A stretch of 64,000 nt of DNA, taken from contig JALQUU010000002.1 of the NCBI GenBank assembly GCA_023260655.1, forward strand, positions 1,180 to 65,179, written 5' to 3'. This DNA is from Paracoccaceae bacterium. GTDB lineage: Bacteria; Pseudomonadota; Alphaproteobacteria; Rhodobacterales; Rhodobacteraceae. This document shows positions 45,980 through 54,916 of this stretch, one piece after another (the stretch's first letter is position 1; every line of letters starts with the position of its first letter). Under the pieces are notes generated by a model, which saw nothing but the letters and a program-made list of their open reading frames with translations, was not told where the DNA came from and made no database searches. The position numbers and the translations under genes were made by a program.

Positions 45980-46350
45980 TGAGCTTCGCCAAACCACGCC
46001 CCCGCAGGCGCGTATCGCTCACGCCGATGATCGACGTGGTCTTCCTGCTGCTCGTCTTCTTCATGCTGGCCGCACGGTTCGGCGTGGAAAGCTCCTTGGT
46101 TCTGTCGGCAGGCGGCGGGGCCGCCGGATGGGAAGGCGCACCGCGCTTGGTCGAAGTCGCGCCCGATGCCGTGCGCTTGAATGGTGCTGATCTGTCGGAA
46201 GAGGCGTTGGCCGAGGCTTTGGCGCCCATTCTGCCGGAAGGTGGAACCGTTGTGTTGCGCCCTGTCGAAGGGGCGAGCCTGCAGCGCTTGGTGGACCTCA
46301 CCGAAGCCTTGGAAGCCGCAGGCGCGGGCCGTGTTCTGGTGGTGGAGTAA
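45976..46350 (+). CDS. exbD: Biopolymer transport protein ExbD/TolR (copy 1)
   Basis: MMSFAKPRPRRRVSLTPMIDVVFLLLVFFM... Confidence 0.85.
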   Translation: MMSFAKPRPRRRVSLTPMIDVVFLLLVFFMLAARFGVESSLVLSAGGGAAGWEGAPRLVEVAPDAVRLNGADLSEEALAEALAPILPEGGTVVLRPVEGASLQRLVDLTEALEAAGAGRVLVVE

Positions 46351-46353
46351 GCG

Positions 46354-46734
46354 ATGGATTTTGCTCCCGCCAAGCGCCGCGACCTGCCGGAAAGCATCGT
46401 TCCGATGATCAATGTCGTGTTCCTGCTGCTGATCTTCTTCCTGATGACAGCCCAGATTGCTCCGCCTGATCCTGTTGAGGTGATGCCGCCCGTGTCGCAG
46501 TCCACGGCGGAGGTGCCGCAGGATGGCGTGCTCTATCTCGGGGCCGATGGCACTTTGGCTTTCGCTGAGGCGCGGGGCGAGGAGGCATTGGAAGCGGCGG
46601 TTTCGGGTGGCGCAGTCGTTCTCAAGGCGGATGCGGGGGTTGCGGCAGTTGAGGTCGCGCGCCTGTTGCCACGGCTGGCAGCCCTTGGGGCAAAGGATAT
46701 TCGGTTGGTGACGGCAGAAGGGGCCAAGCCATGA
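46354..46734 (+). CDS. exbD: Biopolymer transport protein ExbD/TolR (copy 2)
   Basis: MDFAPAKRRDLPESIVPMINVVFLLLIFFLMT... Confidence 0.85.
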   Translation: MDFAPAKRRDLPESIVPMINVVFLLLIFFLMTAQIAPPDPVEVMPPVSQSTAEVPQDGVLYLGADGTLAFAEARGEEALEAAVSGGAVVLKADAGVAAVEVARLLPRLAALGAKDIRLVTAEGAKP

Positions 46735-47510
46735 TGCGGATCGCGGAACATCTTGTGTTCGGCTCTCTCGCCGTGGCAGGGCATTTGGCTGTGTTCGGAA
46801 TGGCAGGGGCAATGCCCGGGATCGGTGACGCACTCGAAGGCCCACAAGTGGTTATCGAAGCCGCGCCGGTTGAACTGGCTGCTTTGGTGAAGCAGTGGAG
46901 CGAGGCTCCAAGCGCGTCCGACGCAGCACCGGAAATGACTTCCCCGGAAACCCCGCCTGCGCCTTCAATGCCACAAACCGCGATGATAGCCCCTGCCTTG
47001 GCGGCCTTGCCCGGTTTAGCGCAACCCGCGGCTCCGACGGATCAACTCCGGATCGACACCACGCCAGCCGCTCCTCCAAAACAGAAGCCCGAACCGAAGG
47101 CCGAGAAAGCACCCAAGCCGCCTAAAGCCCCGAAGGCGGAGGCGAAGAAGTCCGAACCAAAGCTGCAAGCAAAGGCTGCAGCGACGCCACCAGCTCCGGC
47201 AGCAGCACCTCAGAAGGCGGCAGGCGGCGGTTCACAGAAGACCCTTATGTCATCTTGGGGCAAAGGCATCATGAAAGCCCTCGCGCGCCAGTCAGTCAGC
47301 GGTCGCGGCCTTCCGAAGGGAAGTGTTACGCTCGCCCTCACCATCGACACTTCGGGTCGTTTGGTTGGTGCGAAAGTCGCGCGCTCATCTGGCCACGCGG
47401 CACTTGATCAAGCGGCTTTGACCGCCGTCCAAAAGGCGCGCTTTCCAAAGGCACCCGAAGGCATGACCGCAGGCCGCCACGCCTTCACTCTGCCCGTGGC
47501 CAGCCGTTAA
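46731..47510 (+). CDS. tonB: Energy transducer TonB
   Basis: N-terminal TM segment, a Pro/Lys/Ala-rich spacer (KPEPKAEKAPKPPKAPKAEAKK), and the C-terminal domain GSVTLALTIDTSGRLVGAKVARSSGHAALDQAALTAVQKARFP. Confidence 0.85.
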   Translation: MMRIAEHLVFGSLAVAGHLAVFGMAGAMPGIGDALEGPQVVIEAAPVELAALVKQWSEAPSASDAAPEMTSPETPPAPSMPQTAMIAPALAALPGLAQPAAPTDQLRIDTTPAAPPKQKPEPKAEKAPKPPKAPKAEAKKSEPKLQAKAAATPPAPAAAPQKAAGGGSQKTLMSSWGKGIMKALARQSVSGRGLPKGSVTLALTIDTSGRLVGAKVARSSGHAALDQAALTAVQKARFPKAPEGMTAGRHAFTLPVASR

Positions 47511-47884
47511 AGCAGGCCTTCTTCTTCCAGCACCTTGCGCGCCACGCGGAAACATTCGAGCGCTTGCGGCACGCCACAATAAATGCCGATCACATGCACC
47601 GTGGCGCGGATCTGTTCCTTGGTCACTCCGTTGCGGATCGCTCCACGGCAATGCAACTCCCACTCGTGCATCTTGCCCAAGGCCCCGATCATCGAGAGGT
47701 TCATCAGGCTGCGGGTCTTCGCATCAAGCGCCTCATCGCCCCAGCCGAAGCCCCAGCACCATGCAGTCATCGCTTCCTGAAACGGGCGGTTGAAATCGTC
47801 TGCCGCCGCGAGGTTTTTCTCCACATATTCTGCGCCCAAAGTGGCCTTGCGCTTCGCGAGACCCTTTTCGAAGAAGTCGTCCAT
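47507..47884 (-). CDS. Carboxymuconolactone decarboxylase (CMD/PcaC-like) family protein
   Basis: Start MDDFFEKGLAKRKATLGAEYVEK at 47884. The CMD domain carries ELHCRGAIRNGVTKEQIRATVHVIGIYCGVP. Confidence 0.8.
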   Translation of the reverse strand: MDDFFEKGLAKRKATLGAEYVEKNLAAADDFNRPFQEAMTAWCWGFGWGDEALDAKTRSLMNLSMIGALGKMHEWELHCRGAIRNGVTKEQIRATVHVIGIYCGVPQALECFRVARKVLEEEGLL

Positions 47885-48015
47885 TCGTGATGCTCCCATT
47901 GTTTGATCGAAACATAGCAGCACCACATGGAACGGCCAGAAGAGACCTCAACTGGTCGCAAATCAGTTTGCCTGAGGCCCGTGTCGGACTAGGCTCTAGC
48001 CCGAGGGAGAGATCA

Positions 48016-48993
48016 ATGAATTATCGAATTGACGCGCTGCAATACGCGAACTGGTCCGAGAAGATATTCCGACAGATGCGCGAAGGCGGTTTGGATGCAG
48101 TGCATGTGACAATCGCTTATCACGAGACCTTCCGTGAAACGGTGCTCCGCATCGAGGAATGGAACCGCCGATTCGAGCAACATTCAGATCTGATTTTCCA
48201 AGGTTTCACAGCGGCGGATCTGGCCAAGGCCCGCGAAACGGGGAGAACTGCGATCTTCTTTGGCGCGCAAAACCCCTCGCCAATCGAAGATGACATTGGC
48301 CTTGTAGAAGTGCTGCACCGCTTGGGAATGCGCTTCATGCAGCTCACCTATAACAACCAGTCTCTCCTCGCGACGGGGTGCTACGAGGCCGAAGACGCAG
48401 GCATCACCCGCATGGGGCGCGAAGTCATCGAAGAGATGAATCGCGTGGGCATGGTCGTGGACATGAGCCACTCGGCAGATCGTTCAACCATTGAAGCAGC
48501 CGAGCTTTCAAGTCGCCCGATTGCCATCACCCATGCCAACCCGTGGGATTGGCACCCTGCCAAGCGCAACAAGAAAGACGCCGTGATCCGCGCCGTGACC
48601 GAACGGGGCGGGATGCTCGGGTTTTCGCTCTACCCGCACCACCTGAAGGGCGGATCGGCCTGCACTCTCCAAGACTTCTGCGAGATGATCGCGCGAACCG
48701 CCGAGCGCTATGGCGTCAACCACCTCGGGATTGGCACCGATCTTTGCCAAGATCACCCCGACAGCATCGTCGAGTGGATGCGGGTTGGGCGGTGGACCAA
48801 GAAAATCGATTATGGCGAAGGCTCGGCATCGGCGCCGGGCTTCCCGCCGATGCCCGAGTTCTACAAAGACAACCGCGACTTCCCGAATTTTGCCAAGGGC
48901 CTGGCAGACGTGGGCTTCTCGCAAGCCGAAGTGGACGCGCTGCTGGGCGGAAACTGGCATCGTTTCTTCGCGGAAGGGTTCGGCCCCAAATGA
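48016..48993 (+). CDS. Peptidase M19 (renal/membrane dipeptidase)-like protein, atypical N-terminal metal site
   Basis: VDMSHSADRS, PIAITHANP and LGIGTDLCQD match the M19 fold. Where the family has (V/I)DGHND near the N-terminus, this protein reads IDALQYANW. A GGGAGAG RBS precedes the start. Confidence 0.75.
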   Translation: MNYRIDALQYANWSEKIFRQMREGGLDAVHVTIAYHETFRETVLRIEEWNRRFEQHSDLIFQGFTAADLAKARETGRTAIFFGAQNPSPIEDDIGLVEVLHRLGMRFMQLTYNNQSLLATGCYEAEDAGITRMGREVIEEMNRVGMVVDMSHSADRSTIEAAELSSRPIAITHANPWDWHPAKRNKKDAVIRAVTERGGMLGFSLYPHHLKGGSACTLQDFCEMIARTAERYGVNHLGIGTDLCQDHPDSIVEWMRVGRWTKKIDYGEGSASAPGFPPMPEFYKDNRDFPNFAKGLADVGFSQAEVDALLGGNWHRFFAEGFGPK

Positions 48994-50696
48994 CGCAGCA
49001 TCCGGTTCTGGCACAAGCCGCTTCTGATGACCTCTTGATTGCCGATGGCATCTCGCCACGTAGCCCCTCGGTCGTGATGCGCCTCTCGCGGATGGGTTCG
49101 TTCCACGCCTCGCGCCTCTCGTTCATGCGCATTCTTTTGCGGCGAATGAAGGCCGAGGGCTGGGTCATCACCCGCCTTCTGTGGGAAGTCGATGCAAAGG
49201 GCGTCGGGCGTGCGGTTTACACAGCGCGCGGCCCCGAACGCTTCTATTCGCTTGTGGCCTTCGCGCATGACCTCCCCGATCACATGCGCTCGGATCGTGT
49301 GATCGCCACCGCGTGGGATGCCACTTTCACACTGCATGACGGCATCCCGTCTGCCGAGGATCTCGCGCGCCTCGAAGCCAATGTGCCGCTGCAAGAAGCT
49401 GGCCGCGTGAGCGAAAAGGAACTCTGCCTCGCGCGCGCCAATCGCTCGGTCCGCCTCTGGGATCACGTGGTTGAAAGTCTCGCTGCTGGTCAGCAACCCG
49501 ACGCGACTAAAGTCGCAGAGGTCGGTTATCTGATGCGGACAACCGCCGTTTACGGCTCGGCCAAATTCGGAGCGGCCGATCGTGAATTGATCGTGAACCG
49601 CACTGAATGCCTCGCGCCGTTCCAAATGGAAATGCTCACCGTTTGGTTGATCCGTGCATTCGTCATGGACCTCGTGGAGCATATGGCACGCTCAAAAGGA
49701 GGCGAAAAGGCCGTTGCCCTAGATCCAAGATTGCGCCGCGCCTTCGGGATCGGAAATTCCACTGGTCTCGGCATGGCACCATTTCTCATCAACCATCCGG
49801 CGCTGCTCAACAATTGGATTGCGGCGCGGGAATGGGCCTTGGCACGGGCGCGCTCTGTGGCGGACCCGTCTGAAACCGAGCGCAAACGGTTTTTGGCCCT
49901 TCTGCCGCGCGCATCGAAAAATGCAGACCTCTGGCGTTCGGACCATCCGGCGCAGATCGAGAAGCTGAAGGCATTGCGGGCGGATCTGACTGCCTTGGAA
50001 ACTGAAGCGGCAAAAGGGCTGGCCGCTGCTTACCCGTGGGATGCACTTTGGCGCTGGGGCGAAACCACTCTCACGGAGGAGGGGCAGGAGGCATTGGCAT
50101 CGCTTCTGATCGAAGTGCATCCAGAACTGGTCGATGGCCTTTCGGACTGCATGGCCGCTGACGAAGCTCAGGCTTTCCCGATTGACGGCGCATGTAGCGT
50201 GAACAGTCTTCGTATTGATATCGAAACGCACTACGATTGGGCCTTGAACGTCGATTGGGAGGCGCGGGAAGCGCAGGCGCGGGTCTGGTATGTGTCGCAA
50301 GAAAAGCTTGAACCACGTTTGGGCGAGCGCTGGGAGGAAGAGGTGGCGGCATGGGAGCAGCCCTTGCAGCCGGGTCGCGATGTGTCTGCACTCTACACCG
50401 CGCTGCAAGATGTCGAAGGCAGCGTCGCGGCCTTCCTGATGGCCCATCCTGAACATCGCCACATCGTGCGACGGGTGCAAATCGCCGCGCGTTACCCTTA
50501 CGCCGAAATCCGTGACAATACGATTTCCGCCGACGTCCTGCCGATTGACCTCCTTCGCGCCAAGCTCTCGTTTTTTGGTGCAGGCCATTTCGATCCACGC
50601 TCGGATCGCTGGGTCCGGATCAACATGTTCCGCGGCGCACCTTTTCCCGGCGAGCTTGCCGAGGCCGATGTCGAGGGTTGGGCATGGCCGGAGTGA
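48990..50696 (+). CDS. Hypothetical protein, 568 aa (no family recognised)
   Basis: The ATG at 48990 overlaps the upstream stop (ATGA). A long uninterrupted frame shows GC3-rich codon usage. The sequence begins MTQHPVLAQAASDDLLIADG.... The track ORF start at 48543 is an out-of-frame-shadow extension. Confidence 0.75.
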   Translation: MTQHPVLAQAASDDLLIADGISPRSPSVVMRLSRMGSFHASRLSFMRILLRRMKAEGWVITRLLWEVDAKGVGRAVYTARGPERFYSLVAFAHDLPDHMRSDRVIATAWDATFTLHDGIPSAEDLARLEANVPLQEAGRVSEKELCLARANRSVRLWDHVVESLAAGQQPDATKVAEVGYLMRTTAVYGSAKFGAADRELIVNRTECLAPFQMEMLTVWLIRAFVMDLVEHMARSKGGEKAVALDPRLRRAFGIGNSTGLGMAPFLINHPALLNNWIAAREWALARARSVADPSETERKRFLALLPRASKNADLWRSDHPAQIEKLKALRADLTALETEAAKGLAAAYPWDALWRWGETTLTEEGQEALASLLIEVHPELVDGLSDCMAADEAQAFPIDGACSVNSLRIDIETHYDWALNVDWEAREAQARVWYVSQEKLEPRLGERWEEEVAAWEQPLQPGRDVSALYTALQDVEGSVAAFLMAHPEHRHIVRRVQIAARYPYAEIRDNTISADVLPIDLLRAKLSFFGAGHFDPRSDRWVRINMFRGAPFPGELAEADVEGWAWPE

Positions 50697-51229
50697 AGTT
50701 GTCGCTTGGCGAGGTTGAGGGCCTTTGCAAGAAGGCGGCACGCGGGGCGGGCTTGCCTTGGGGTTTGGCAGAAGAAGCAGGCTTTGCCGCCCGCTGGCTA
50801 TCCGCACATGGATTTGACGGCGCGGGCCTGGTGTTGGCCGATCTCGAAACGGGTGGGCAAAGCCTCAGCCTGGGCGTGGCACTGGCAGATGCACCTGAGG
50901 CTGGAACAATCCCCGCTGCGGAAGTGCCTCTGCTTCTGGCCCCCTTCGCCGCATTGGTGGCGCGGCGGCAGCCTTGCACCCTTACCTTGCCTGACGAGCG
51001 CTTCAACTTTGCCGCTGATGGCGCTGTTTCCCATGTCTCAACGGGTGGCGCATTTAGCTTTGCGTTTGGTCTGACCGATGGCGGGAACCCCTTGTCGCGC
51101 ACAACACGGCCGACAGTGAGCGAAGCCACCCTGCAACGCCTGACCGAACTCGCCGCCCGCACCTACGCCCCAGCCACCGAAGCAAGCCGTCTCGCGGGCG
51201 CGGGCGCAGGGCTTTCGGATAACGATTAG
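50678..51229 (+). CDS. Hypothetical protein, about 183 aa (DUF3726-like from memory, unverified)
   Basis: It overlaps the upstream gene by 19 nt. The N-terminus LSLGEVEGLCKKAARGAGLPWGLAEEAGFAARWLSAHGFDG loosely recalls the N-terminal pattern of Ldh_2-type proteins. Confidence 0.65.
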   Translation: MGMAGVKLSLGEVEGLCKKAARGAGLPWGLAEEAGFAARWLSAHGFDGAGLVLADLETGGQSLSLGVALADAPEAGTIPAAEVPLLLAPFAALVARRQPCTLTLPDERFNFAADGAVSHVSTGGAFSFAFGLTDGGNPLSRTTRPTVSEATLQRLTELAARTYAPATEASRLAGAGAGLSDND

Positions 51230-52032
51230 GCGGTCAGGAATCGTACGGCGCGCTCAGCCGATCCTTGGCCCACGAGCGCGGCCGTCAGCTTGCCCGTCTG
51301 ATAGGCCCCGGTATCGCAAGCGATTCGGCCGGAATGCGCATGGGCCTCGGCAAAAATCGTATGCCCGTGCAGAACCCAAAGCCCGTCTTGCCGCGTCTTG
51401 GTGAAGAAGTCGGCATGGCCCCAAAGCACGCTCCGGTCGCTTTGATCTTCCGGCTTTCGCGCAGGATCCAAAGCCGCATGAACGCAGATCACATTACCGG
51501 TTCGCCACCGTGTGGGCAGGTCACGGATCCAGACAACCAGCTCCTTGCCTATCTTGGTTTCCAACTCCAACGCGGCTTCCGTGATATCCTCAAGATCAGG
51601 CTTCGGACCCGGCGCTTCAACGCCGAAACTCAGCATAGTTTCGCGCCCACCGAAATCGATCCAGCGCAAACCGCGCCCTGCTGGATCGTCGATAAAATCC
51701 AGAAGCATTTGCTCGTAGTTGCCCTTCAGAACGATCGTCTGCGCACGGCTATCATGGAGCGATTTCACATAGCTCAATACCTCGGCGCTCTCGGGGCCAC
51801 GGTCTACAAAATCGCCCACAAGAAGCAGAGGTTGGCCAGGTGCTTCCTGTTCCAACTTACTCACGAGAGCGGAGAGCAAATCCTGCCGCCCATGCACATC
51901 CCCAATCGCGGTGAACGGTTGGTCAGGCTCGATGCTAGATGAATATGCAAGAACCTCGGGCGCCGGCAGGGCGACTTCTGCAACGCGATCGCGCTTGATG
52001 AAGCGGGATAACAGCGATTTCACCTGGGCCAC
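51226..52032 (-). CDS. Metallophosphoesterase (PPP-family Ser/Thr phosphatase / ApaH-like)
   Basis: AIGDVHGR, GDFVDRGPES, GNYE and the GH motifs. Confidence 0.8.
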   Translation of the reverse strand: MAQVKSLLSRFIKRDRVAEVALPAPEVLAYSSSIEPDQPFTAIGDVHGRQDLLSALVSKLEQEAPGQPLLLVGDFVDRGPESAEVLSYVKSLHDSRAQTIVLKGNYEQMLLDFIDDPAGRGLRWIDFGGRETMLSFGVEAPGPKPDLEDITEAALELETKIGKELVVWIRDLPTRWRTGNVICVHAALDPARKPEDQSDRSVLWGHADFFTKTRQDGLWVLHGHTIFAEAHAHSGRIACDTGAYQTGKLTAALVGQGSAERAVRFLTA

Positions 52033-52042
52033 CCCCGATTAC

Positions 52043-53386
52043 TTAGGCAGTGACTTCCTCGACCGCAGACTTGATCCTGTCAATGGTCGCGTGCAGAAGC
52101 TCGCTGCTTTCGGCCTCGGCCATGATCCGGATCAGAGGCTCTGTACCAGATTTCCGGATCAGCACGCGCCCTTGCGCGCCCAATGCCTTCTCTGCGGCTT
52201 GGATCTCGGATTTCACTCGGTCCGTATCCAGCGGGGTCTGGCCCAATTGGTACCGCACGTTCACCAGTTTCTGCGGAACCGGCGCGAAAACGCGTGTCAG
52301 CTGCGAGGCAGGTTTGCCGCTTTCGATCAGAGCCGCCAGAATTTGTAGCGCGCCCACAAGCCCGTCACCTGTGGTTGCGTAGTCGGTCATCACGATATGC
52401 CCCGACTGCTCGCCACCCAGATTAAGCCCCTTCTCACGCATCCGTTCGACAACATAGCGGTCACCGACATTGGTCCGCTCAAGATGCACTCCCAAACCGT
52501 TCAGATGTCGCTCGAAGCCAAGGTTCGACATCACAGTGGCCGCAACTGCCCCGCCTTTCAGCAGGCCTTCATTGGCCCACCGCGTGGCGATCAAGGCCAT
52601 GATCTGGTCGCCATCGGCAACGTGTCCGGTTTCGTCAATCACAATCAGGCGGTCCGCGTCACCATCAAGGCACAGGCCGATATGCGCTCCGGTTTCACGC
52701 ACTTTGGCGGCCGCGAGTTCCGGATGGGTCGATCCACAACCAGCGTTGATGTTCGTGCCGTTCGGTTGCACGCCCAGCGAGATCACTTCCGCACCCAGTT
52801 CCCAGAGCACTGTCGGGGCGGCGCGGTAAGCGGCTCCATTGGCGCAATCGAGCACGATCTTCAGCCCATCAAGGCGCAAACTACGGGGGAAGGTGGTCTT
52901 GGCATATTCAACGTAGCGACCCAGCGCATCATCAAGCCGTTTCGCCCGACCGATATTCTGTGGCTGCGCAGGTGCAACGCCTTCATGGAACAGTTTTTCG
53001 ATGGACATCTCGTCAGCGTCGGAAAGCTTGAACCCGTCCGGCCCGAAGAATTTGATGCCATTGTCCTCGGCCGGATTGTGGCTCGCGGAAATCATCACCC
53101 CCACATCGGCCCGCATCGAGCGTGTGAGCCAGCCGACAGCCGGCGTCGGCACTGGCCCGAGCAGGAACACGTTCATGCCCGTTGACGTGAAGCCCGCCGT
53201 CAGCGCCGTTTCGAGCATGTAGCAGGAAAGCCGCGTGTCCTTGCCGATAACCACCCGATGCTCTGCCTGATCGTGCCGGAAGTGGCGACCCGCCGCAGCG
53301 GCGAGCCGGAGGGCCGCATCTGCAGTCATCGGATAGGTGTTTGAACGGCCGCGCACGCCATCGGTGCCAAAAAGGGAACGTGTCAT
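52043..53386 (-). CDS. glmM: Phosphoglucosamine mutase GlmM
   Basis: [13 protein letters not shown], active-site SASHNP, DGDADR and GEQSGH. Confidence 0.95.
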   Translation of the reverse strand: MTRSLFGTDGVRGRSNTYPMTADAALRLAAAAGRHFRHDQAEHRVVIGKDTRLSCYMLETALTAGFTSTGMNVFLLGPVPTPAVGWLTRSMRADVGVMISASHNPAEDNGIKFFGPDGFKLSDADEMSIEKLFHEGVAPAQPQNIGRAKRLDDALGRYVEYAKTTFPRSLRLDGLKIVLDCANGAAYRAAPTVLWELGAEVISLGVQPNGTNINAGCGSTHPELAAAKVRETGAHIGLCLDGDADRLIVIDETGHVADGDQIMALIATRWANEGLLKGGAVAATVMSNLGFERHLNGLGVHLERTNVGDRYVVERMREKGLNLGGEQSGHIVMTDYATTGDGLVGALQILAALIESGKPASQLTRVFAPVPQKLVNVRYQLGQTPLDTDRVKSEIQAAEKALGAQGRVLIRKSGTEPLIRIMAEAESSELLHATIDRIKSAVEEVTA

Positions 53387-53486
53387 TTGATTTCCAAAGT
53401 CGTTTCTAGCGCACTAGCCCGCGTAGGCTCACCTGTCTAGCGGCATGACGATTCGGCGCGAAAAGGGGCGATTTCTGGCCGATGTC

Positions 53487-53830
53487 TTACTTTTGTTCAG
53501 CGTGCAAAGGCACCTCGGCCTGATGATGGTACCCGTCCACACGCGCCTTGACCAAGGCCCGCAGGCGCTCGGTGTCTGTCGTTTCGATGCTCGCGTTCAA
53601 TTCGCGCAGCATCGAGGCCACTTCGATCTGGGACAGATAGCTTTCCTCGGCCCGAAGGATCTTCGGATGGGGCGTCGCCCGCAAGCTTTCGTCATCAATC
53701 AACAGCTCCTCGTAGAGCTTCTCGCCTGGGCGAAGCTGCTATTCCATGACCTTTCGATCCGCATCGTCACGGATGATGCCAGCCCGCTCACACAGGATTT
53801 CCTGCACTCTGACAACTTCCTGTTCTGAAG
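53487..53830 (-). pseudogene. 3'-terminal relic of a CapD/WbpM/PglF-type polysaccharide biosynthesis (NDP-sugar 4,6-dehydratase) gene
   Basis: The minus-strand frame reads ...VVRVQEILCERAGIIRDDADRKVME*QLRPGEKLYEELLIDDESLRATPHPKILRAEE.... LRPGEKLYEELLI...T.HP.I is the conserved C-terminal signature of these ~600-aa enzymes. Only about 110 codons are present, they contain an in-frame TAG, and they abut the tRNA-Lys terminator. Confidence 0.65.
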
Positions 53831-53841
53831 CTCCAGAATCG

Positions 53842-53873
53842 GAAAGACCCGGCCGTTTCCGGCCGGGTCTTTC
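53842..53873. terminator. Perfect 13-bp hairpin downstream of tRNA-Lys
   Basis: GAAAGACCCGGCC-gtttcc-GGCCGGGTCTTTC. Confidence 0.7.
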
Positions 53874-53881
53874 TGAAGTGG

Positions 53882-53957
53882 TGGTGAGCCGTGCAGGATT
53901 CGAACCTGCGACCCAGTGATTAAAAATCACTTGCTCTACCAACTGAGCTAACGGCCC
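53882..53957 (-). tRNA. tRNA-Lys (anticodon UUU)
   Basis: The reverse complement is GGGCCGTTAGCTCAGTTGGTAGAGCAAGTGATTTTTAATCACTGGGTCGCAGGTTCGAATCCTGCACGGCTCACCA. It folds as a cloverleaf with anticodon loop TTTTTAA, a GTTCGAATC T-loop and an encoded CCA. Confidence 0.95.
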
Positions 53958-54097
53958 ACTGAGGGCGGTGTTTATGAATATGCTGTGGTAGGGTCAACCC
54001 CGAAATCACAAGATTTTTCGCTTCCTGTCCGCTTGCTGGATTTCGCGATCCGCTCGGAGTATAGACGCGGCTCGAAACACACGAGAAAGCGCGCAAA

Positions 54098-54916
54098 ATG
54101 GCCCTTCCTTTCATGAAAATGCATGGTCTCGGGAACGACTTCGTCGTGGTCGACGCGCGCAAGGAAGAAAAAAAACTTTCCGAAGCCCTCGTGAAAGCCA
54201 TCGCTGACCGTCATCGCGGCATCGGATTCGATCAGTTGGCCGTGATCGAATCTCGCGGCAACGCCGATGCGCATCTGGTTTTCTACAATGCAGATGGCTC
54301 CACCTCCGCCGCTTGTGGCAACGCCACCCGCTGCATCGCGCGCCACATCATGGATGAAACCGGCCAATCGAAGCTCACCCTCACCACGGATCGCGGCACG
54401 CTTTTTGCCGAGGATGCCGGCAACGGGCTCACGGCCGTGAACATGGGCCAACCGCAGCTTCTCTGGCACGAAATCCCGCTCGCTCGTGAAATGGACACGC
54501 TCGAACTCCCCATGGATGGCGCGCCAACCGCCACTGGCATGGGCAACCCGCATTGCACCTTCTTCGTCGCGGATGTTGAAGCGGTCGATCTGGAAAAACG
54601 CGGCGCGGAAACCGAACATCACCCGCTTTACCCCCAGCGCACCAATGTGCAATTCGCCCAAGTGATCGGCCCCGATCACCTGCGGATGCGGGTCTGGGAG
54701 CGTGGCGTCGGCGTCACCCTTGCCTCCGGCTCCTCCTCTTGCGCCACCGCCGTTGCCGCAGCCCGGCGCGGGCTCACAGGGCGCAACGTGCGCATCGATC
54801 TCGACGGCGGCACCCTCCACATCGAATGGCGCGAGGATGGCGTCTGGATGATCGGCGGCACCATGCATGTGGCTGATGGCACATTCACCGACCAGTTCCG
54901 ACGGAGCGTCGAATGA
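54098..54916 (+). CDS. dapF: Diaminopimelate epimerase DapF
   Basis: FMKMHGLGNDFVVVD, and the two catalytic Cys contexts ACGNATRC and ASGSSSCA. Confidence 0.9.
   Translation: MALPFMKMHGLGNDFVVVDARKEEKKLSEALVKAIADRHRGIGFDQLAVIESRGNADAHLVFYNADGSTSAACGNATRCIARHIMDETGQSKLTLTTDRGTLFAEDAGNGLTAVNMGQPQLLWHEIPLAREMDTLELPMDGAPTATGMGNPHCTFFVADVEAVDLEKRGAETEHHPLYPQRTNVQFAQVIGPDHLRMRVWERGVGVTLASGSSSCATAVAAARRGLTGRNVRIDLDGGTLHIEWREDGVWMIGGTMHVADGTFTDQFRRSVE

Noticed and set aside
45058-46845. 595-aa minus-strand ORF
   Set aside because: It is antisense to cbiZ/exbB/exbD/exbD/tonB, which all have clear family motifs. Its translation is R/P/A/H-rich with no recognisable domain, a typical high-GC antisense ORF.
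47060-47230. Pro/Lys/Ala-rich tandem-like repeats (KPEPKAEKAPKPPKAPKAEAKK...)
   Set aside because: This is the normal proline-rich periplasmic spacer of TonB proteins. It is not an independent repeat element.
48543-48989. Upstream extension of the 717-aa track ORF 48543..50696
   Set aside because: It overlaps the M19-like gene in another frame, and its translation is Arg/Pro-rich. The ATG at 48990 forms a classic ATGA stop-start overlap.
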